Shown: in pieces, positions 56,310-64,000 of the stretch
How the letters are laid out: each line of letters begins with the position of its first letter
Position numbering within the stretch: the stretch's first letter is position 1
NCBI GenBank assembly: GCA_963766935.1
Contig: CAVYBY010000012.1
Location: 20,945 to 84,944, forward strand
Reading direction: 5' to 3'
Length of the DNA: 64,000 nucleotides
From: an uncultured Actinomycetes bacterium
Lineage (GTDB): Bacteria > Actinomycetota > UBA4738 > HRBIN12
Notes under the pieces: generated by a model
Databases searched by the model: none
What the model saw: only the letters and a program-made list of their open reading frames with translations
Told to the model about the DNA's origin: nothing
Position numbers and translations under genes: made by a program

Positions 56310-57842
56310 CTCGCGTACTCGGTCGAGCGCGTCTCGCGAACCACCGTGATCTTGATCTGCCCCGGGTATTGGAGCTCCTCCTCCACGGTCTTGGCGATAT
56401 CGCGCGCGATCACCTGCGCCTGGAGATCGTCCACGTCGTCGGGCTTCACCATGACCCGGACCTCGCGGCCGGCCTGCATCGCGAACACCTTCTCGACGCC
56501 GGGCTGCGCGCTGCAGATCTCTTCGAGGCGTTCCAGACGCCGCACGTAGGTCTCGAGCGACTCGCGCCGGGCGCCCGGCCGGCCACCGGAGATGTGGTCG
56601 GCGATCTGCGCGAGCACGGCGTCGACGGAACGCTGCTCCACTTCGCCGTGGTGAGACTCGATGCAGTGCACCACCTCCGGCGACTCCTTCAGCCGCCTGG
56701 CGATCTCGGCGCCGATGATGGCGTGCGACCCCTCGATCTCGTGTGTGACCGCTTTGCCGATGTCATGCAGGAACGCCCCGCGTTTGGCGACGGAGGGGTC
56801 AAGACCCAGCTCCGAGGCCAGCGCCGACGCGATGTGCGCCGACTCCACCAGGTGCTTCAGAACGTTCTGGCCGTACGACGTCCGGTATTGGAGGCGCCCG
56901 AGCAGCTTGACGAGCTCGGGGTGCAGGTCGGTCAGGCCCACCTCGGCAACGGCGTTCTCGCCGGCACGACGAACCTGCTCGTCCAGGTCTTTGAGCGACC
57001 GCTGGTGGATCTCTTCGATGCGCGCCGGGTGGATCCGTCCGTCCGCGACCAGCTTCTCCAGCGTCATCCGGGCCGCCTCGCGCCGAACCGGGTCGAAGCA
57101 CGACAGGACCACGGCCTCCGGGCGTGTCGTCGATGATCAGGTTGACGCCTGTGGCCGCCTCGAACGCGCGGATGTTGCGGCCCTCACGCCCGATGATCCG
57201 GCCCTTCATGTCCTCGCTCGGGAGCGTGAAGACGCTGACCGTCGACTCCGCCGTCTGCTCCGACGACACCCGCTGGATCGCGATCGTGACGATCTTTCGC
57301 GCCCGCTCCTCGCTCTCCTCGCGTGCCCGCTGCTCGATCTCGCGGACCTGGACCATCGCGTGGCGCTTGGCCTCGTCGACGGTCTGCGCCATCAGCTGGT
57401 CGCGGGCCTCGGTCGAGGTCATCTGCGCGATGCGCTCCAGCTCGGCCGCGTGCGTCGCGGCCGAGGCATCAACCTGCTCCTGCGCGCCCGACGAGCGTGC
57501 GGTCACGCTCGTCCAGGTCGCGCGGCTCGCTCCTCCAGCTTCTGCGCCCTGGCGACGTAGCTCTTCCTCGGACTGGGTGATCCTTCGCTCCAGCCGGGCA
57601 ACCTCGTCCCGGCGGAGCTTCAGGTCCTCATCGGTCTCCTTGCGTGCGGCGGCGGCATCGGCTCTGGCGTCGACCAGGGCCTGGCGGCGCGTATCGGCCG
57701 CCTCCTGCTCCGCCTCGACCAGCAGCTCTTCGGCGCGGACCTCCAGGCTTTGGGTATTGGAGGCGGCGATCGTCTTCCAGACGAAGAACCCGACGACGGC
57801 ACCCAGGATGACGCCGCCAACGCCCACCAGTGCCTCTTGCAT
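56306..57842 (-). pseudogene. rny: Ribonuclease Y (TM helix, coiled-coil, KH and HD domains) with at least four +1 frameshifts
   Basis: The KH motif GRIIGREGRNIRAFE and the HD domain are in different ORFs, with the junction at about 57127 (a GG run). The N-terminal coiled coil reads naturally only as frame 0 (RRQGAE), then +1 (KLEERAAR), then +2 (DLDERDRTLVGRA), then frame 0 (QEQVD...). The length is 3n+1. Confidence 0.8.
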
Positions 57843-57848
57843 CCGTTC

Positions 57849-57868
57849 CTCCCACGATTCCGTGGGAG
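57849..57868 (-). other. 8-bp perfect hairpin (CUCCCACG-GAAU-CGUGGGAG) whose 3' arm carries the GGGAGG Shine-Dalgarno of rny
   Basis: Read directly from the sequence. The stem ends 6 nt before the rny AUG. Confidence 0.35.
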
Positions 57869-58104
57869 AGGACCCCTGCGGGCCCCGTGTTCAGGCGCGA
57901 CGTTGCGGCGCGACGAACGGAAGGTGCGGGAACGGTCAACCCACCTGGGGCCGTACCGCCTCCGTCCTCAGTCGTTGTCGTCTGGTCGGGAATGATCTCC
58001 GTCACAAGCCTTCTGCTCGAACTCGGGGTGTGCGTAGGCGTTTCCTCTCCGTTTCGGGCCATGGTAAGCGGCCCCGAGACGAGAGACAAGCGCCGGATGG
58101 CCGA

Positions 58105-58619
58105 TCAGGCCTCCGAATCGACCCCGCGATCGATCTCCAGGGCCGACCTGGCGGCCCGCCGGGCCATCTCGGGTCCGTACCCACGCCGCAGCAGGAAGGA
58201 GGTCAGCCGGCGGAAGGCTACGGCCGGCTCCAGGGAGCCCATCCGTTTGGCCCGCCGGGCGGCGAGGTCCCGCGCCCGTTCCTCCTCGTCGTCCCCGAGC
58301 GACGCGAGCGCCCCCGCCGCAACCGCCGGCGTGACCCCGCTTCGGGCCAGCACCGAGCCCACCAGGCGCCGTCCCGACCCGCGGGAACCGACCTCGTGTT
58401 CGATCACCCGCCGGGCGAACGCCTCGTCGTCCACGAGGCCCACCCCCTCGAGCCGCTCGAGCTCGCCCTCGACTTCCTCCGCGTCGAAGCCCGCCCGCAG
58501 GAGGCGCGTCTCGAGCTCCCGGCGGCTGCGCGGCCGGACGGCGAGCAGCCCGAGTGCGCGATCGTGACAGCTGCGAGCGCCGGGCCGTTTCGCCGTCGTC
58601 TTCCCGCCGAATTGGCCCG

Positions 58620-58623
<4 letters not shown>
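58105..58623 (-). CDS. recX: Regulatory protein RecX
   Basis: 172 aa from the GTG at 58623 (GTGA overlap with the recA stop). It has three-helix RecX repeats and is intact. Confidence 0.8.
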
Positions 58624-60837
<2,214 letters not shown>

Positions 60838-60964
60838 CCTACCGATCCTCTCCCCACCGATCGACGCACGGTACCGGCCGGGTCCGACAAAGTTACACCC
60901 GTGTGATCCGGCCCGCTGTTCGACCCGGCGTCCCGGCCGGCCCGAGGGCCAGCCCGCAGGCTAG

Positions 60965-60980
60965 TCGAACACGTGTTCGG
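60965..60980. promoter_or_regulatory. LexA box TCGAAC-ACGT-GTTCGG, 128 nt upstream of the recA start
   Basis: A perfect Cheo-type palindrome read directly from the sequence. Confidence 0.7.
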
Positions 60981-60994
60981 CCGCAAGCACCCCG

Positions 60995-61584
60995 TCACCC
61001 GCCCTCGAACGGGGCCACCAGCAGTGGCTCGTAGACGGGCGCCGGGCGGCGGAGGTGGCTTTGGAACAGGACCACGCGATCCACGCGAAACGGCTCCGAG
61101 GCGAGCGGCGTCAGGGCGAACTCGCTCGGGAAGGGCGATCGGCGGATCGCTCCTCGCGACCGTCGAGGTGCGCATGGAACGGCCGGGACTCCGGTGGGAA
61201 CTCGGCCGCGAGGGCCGTCCGAGACGGCTCCGGCTAGCGACGCCAGCGCCCCGCCGTCCGGCGATGCCCGCCCAAAGGACGCGAGCGCCGGCGCGCCGAC
61301 GGAAACGCGCCGAGGCCATCGATCCTCGCCTCGAACGGCGCCGTCCGGCGGGCAACGGCCGCCACCCGCTCCTCGACCCACGGACGCAACCGCGGCCACG
61401 TCCGCCCGAGGAACACCAGGGTCACGTGCCAGTTCTCCTCGGGCGGCCACCGAGCCTTGGGGAACCGCTCGCGCCACGGTTCGGTCGCCGAGGCGACGGC
61501 TCGCTTTGCGTCCTCGGGAATCTCGACCGCCACGAACAGACGGAGCGGAGGCGCCTCCGGCCGCGCGGACCGGTCGCGGGCCAT
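60995..61584 (-). pseudogene. thpR: RNA 2',3'-cyclic phosphodiesterase (ThpR/LigT, 2H family) with two +1 frameshifts
   Basis: The N-terminal part (LRLFVAVEIPEDAK...NWHVTLVFLG) is in ORF 61234 to 61584. The RAGARVLWAGIAG segment is in ORF 60834 to 61355. The C-terminal part ends at 60995. The ATG at 61584 makes an ATGA overlap with the cinA stop, and the length is 3n+2. Confidence 0.6.
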
Positions 61585-62878
61585 CAGGGCTGCTTCGCAT
61601 CCTGGTCGAACCACCAGGTCGGGCCCCGCTGCGGACGAACGAGCCCGCCGGTGAGATGCCGGCGGACGAGATCGAGCGCGGCCTGCTCGGACCAGGACGT
61701 GACCAGCTCCCGGTTCGCCGGCGCCGACAGGGACCGCGTGAAGGTCTGCTCGCCGCCGTCGAGTGCGAGCCAGACCGTGCCCGGCTCCGCTCCCCCGTGC
61801 GGCTCGGGCCCGGCGGCCCCGGTCACGGCGACCGCCACATCCGCCGCGAAGAGCGCGGCGCGCTCCGGCCGCCATCTCGAGGGCGCAGGCCTCGCTCACG
61901 ACCCCGTGCTCCTCGATCGTCGACGCGGCCACACCGAGCACCTCCTGCTTGGCCTGAGCCGAGTACACGACCGCCGATCCGCGGAAGTAGGCGGACGCCC
62001 CGGGCACCGACGTCAGCCGTGCCGCGATCCGCCCGCCGGTGAGCGATTCCGCCGCGGCGACCGTCTTCGACTGCTCGCGCAGCAGCCGGCCCACCACTTC
62101 CTCCAGCCGTTCGTCGGTGGTGCTGAAGACCGATGTCGCCGAGCCGGTCCGCGATGACCTCCACGAGCGGTGCGATCAGCGCGTCCGCCTCCTCGGCCGA
62201 CGGGGCCTTCGCGGTCAGCCGGATCTTGACCTCGCCGGCGCCCGCCAGGTAGGCGATCGTCGGGTTGCGCCCCGCCTCGAACAGGTCCTCGAGCACGCGC
62301 GCCACGGCCGACTCCCCCACCCCGGTACATCGCAGCACGCGGGAACGAACCACCGCCGGACCGGCGAGCGCCGCCAGCTCGGGCAGCACCGTTCCCTCCA
62401 TGATCTCGCGCATCTCCGCCGGGACCCCGGCCATCGCGTAGAGCCGCACGCGGCCGATCTCGACGGCGAGCCCGGGCGCCGTGCCGATCACCGGTCGGAT
62501 GTACCGAGCGCCCCGCGGGACGTCCGCCTGGCGGAGATTGTTCTCGGGCATCGCGCGGCCCATCCCGGAGAAGCGCTCGCGGAGCATGGCTTCGAGCTCC
62601 GGCTGCCGCTCCATCGGCGCCGCGAGCACGCCGGCGATCGCATCCCGCGTCAGATCGTCGCCGGTCGGGCCGAGCCCGCCCGTCACGAGGACGACATCCG
62701 CGCGCTCGATGGCGCGGCGGAGGATCTCTTCGATGCGCGGCTGGTTGTCGCCGACGACCGTCTGGTAGACGACGTCGACCCCGACGTCCGCCAGCCGCTG
62801 CGACATCCACTGCGCGTTCGTGTTCGCGATCTGCCCGAGCAGCAGCTCCGTGCCGACCGCGACGATCTCGCTCTTCAC
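61584..62878 (-). pseudogene. cinA: Competence/damage-inducible protein CinA (MoCF-binding N-domain plus CinA C-domain) with two +1 frameshifts
   Basis: The N-domain is in ORF 61823 to 62878 (GTELLLGQIANTNAQ...). The CinA-domain start (TVAAAESLTGGRIAARLTSVPGASAYF) is in the 61234 to 62097 frame. The C-terminus (AVAVTGAAGPEPHGGAEPGTVWLAL) is in ORF 61584 to 61838. The length is 3n+2. Confidence 0.75.
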
Positions 62879-62906
62879 GCCCGGTCACGTCCCGCAGGCA
62901 TCACGG

Positions 62907-63620
62907 TCACGCCCCATCGGTGCACGCCACCGGGTCCTCGCCCGGCGCGTAGCGCATACAGAACGAACCTCGGATGCCCGCGGTGTCGACGGCGACGCCG
63001 TTGACCTCCACCTCCGCGGCCGATCCCTCCTCCAGGAAGACGGAGACCTCCCTCGCGCCCTCGAGCGACCGGCTCTCCCCCGGTTGCAGCGCGAACGTGG
63101 TCGTGGTGCCGTCGACGACGATCCGCGCCTGGACCTCGCGGATCCCCTTGAGGACCACGTCGACCGGTTCCGTCGACGCGGCCGAGGTACGCGGCGTCGA
63201 TGCCGGCACGTCCGCCGGACGAGGGGCCGAGCTCCGCCGGCCCACCGCACCGATCGCGACGAAGACGACGAGGAGCGCGGCGGCGGCGATGAGCAGGAAC
63301 CGTTGGTTGTCGCGGATCCTGGTGGCGGCGATCGCGCGCTCGATCGCCCCGACCTTCGCGGGTGGTGGCGGCGGGGTCGGCGCGTCGGCGCGCCGGCCGT
63401 AGGCGGCGAGCACGCGGTCGGGGTTCACGCCGAGGTATGCCGCGTAGGTACGAAGGAGCCCCCGGACATAGACCTCGCCCGGAAGCCCGGCGAAGTCTTC
63501 GCGTTCCAGGGCCTCCAGCTGCTCTGCCCGGAGGCGAGTATCGCGTGCCGCCTCCTGGATCGTGACCCCCCGGACGAGGCGGGCCTTCCTGAGCGCCGGC
63601 CCGACCCCGTTCGCTCGGTC
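62907..63620 (-). CDS. Helix-turn-helix (XRE) / DUF4115 RodZ-like membrane protein
   Basis: It has an HTH region (RGVTIQEAARDTRLRAEQLEALEREDF...VYVRGLLRTYAAYLG), a Pro-rich linker, a TM helix and a C-terminal DUF4115-like beta domain. The start is approximate because the ORF-track N-terminal extension looks non-coding. Confidence 0.6.
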   Translation of the reverse strand, partial: DRANGVGPALRKARLVRGVTIQEAARDTRLRAEQLEALEREDFAGLPGEVYVRGLLRTYAAYLGVNPDRVLAAYGRRADAPTPPPPPAKVGAIERAIAATRIRDNQRFLLIAAAALLVVFVAIGAVGRRSSAPRPADVPASTPRTSAASTEPVDVVLKGIREVQARIVVDGTTTTFALQPGESRSLEGAREVSVFLEEGSAAEVEVNGVAVDTAGIRGSFCMRYAPGEDPVACTDGA

Positions 63621-63718
63621 ACGTGCGGTTCCTCCGGCCAACCCGGGGATGATAGCGCCCGGGGTGCCGGGACCGGCTAGCCTTCCGCCGTGTCCCGACC
63701 GGTCGTCCGTGGTTCCCG

Positions 63719-64000
63719 CGTGCTCTTGCGTCCGCTGACCGTCGCGGACGAACGAGAGTTCCTCGAACGCGTCCGGGTCTCGCGGCGGCTCCATCGTCCG
63801 TGGTCGTATCCCCCGGACACACCCGAGCGCTTTCGCGCCTTTCTCCAGCGCTACCGGGCCCCGACCACGAAAGGCTTCGCCGTCTGCCGCCGGGAGGACG
63901 GCGCCATCGTCGGGTGGTTCGGTCTCTCCCAGATCTTCCACGGCGCGTTTCGGAACGCCTTCCTGGGCTACTACGCCTTCGAGCCCTATGCGGGGCAGGG
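63719..64000 (+). CDS. GNAT family N-acetyltransferase, truncated at the 3' end by the window edge
   Basis: Translation from the GTG at 63719 gives VLLRPLTVADEREFLERVRVSRRLHRPWSYPPDTPERFRAFLQRY...GWFGLSQIFHGAFRNAFLGYYAFEPYAGQ, which is RimJ/RimL-like. Confidence 0.55.

Overview
This is a high-GC (about 70%) actinobacterial chromosomal segment, and nearly every gene sits on the minus strand. It is extremely compact: at least 18 consecutive gene pairs share a 4-nt ATGA or GTGA stop/start overlap, and GTG starts are frequent. Gene order is colinear with Mycobacterium tuberculosis Rv2552c to Rv2737c. In order: aroE, mltG, ruvX, alaS, rarA, aspS, hisS, MBL hydrolase, dtd, relA, apt, secF, secD, yajC, ruvBAC, yebC, pdxT, pdxS, pimA, patA, pgsA1, HIT, thrS, a tRNA Gly-Cys-Val-Val cluster, dut, nrdR, LysM/lexA, hflX, dapF, miaA, miaB, recX, recA. 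Lineage-specific additions are pilB/pilT type IV pilus ATPases preceded by a roadblock/LC7 protein, class II RNR nrdJ, a dapD-dapC-dapE block, an EF-G paralog, lemA-htpX, a MacB-type ABC exporter and a small acidic repeat protein. Regulatory sites: Cheo-type LexA boxes sit at lexA/LysM, recA and ruvC, and an NrdR box sits upstream of nrdJ. The main anomaly is a block of about 8.7 kb (54.2 to 62.9 kb) covering miaA, miaB, rny, recA with a LAGLIDADG intein, ligT and cinA. Every gene in it except recX is broken by single-base +1 frameshifts (at least 17, all of the same sign). The other roughly 55 kb contains no detectable frameshift. No CRISPR array, phage, transposase or obvious defence island is present; the content is core housekeeping.
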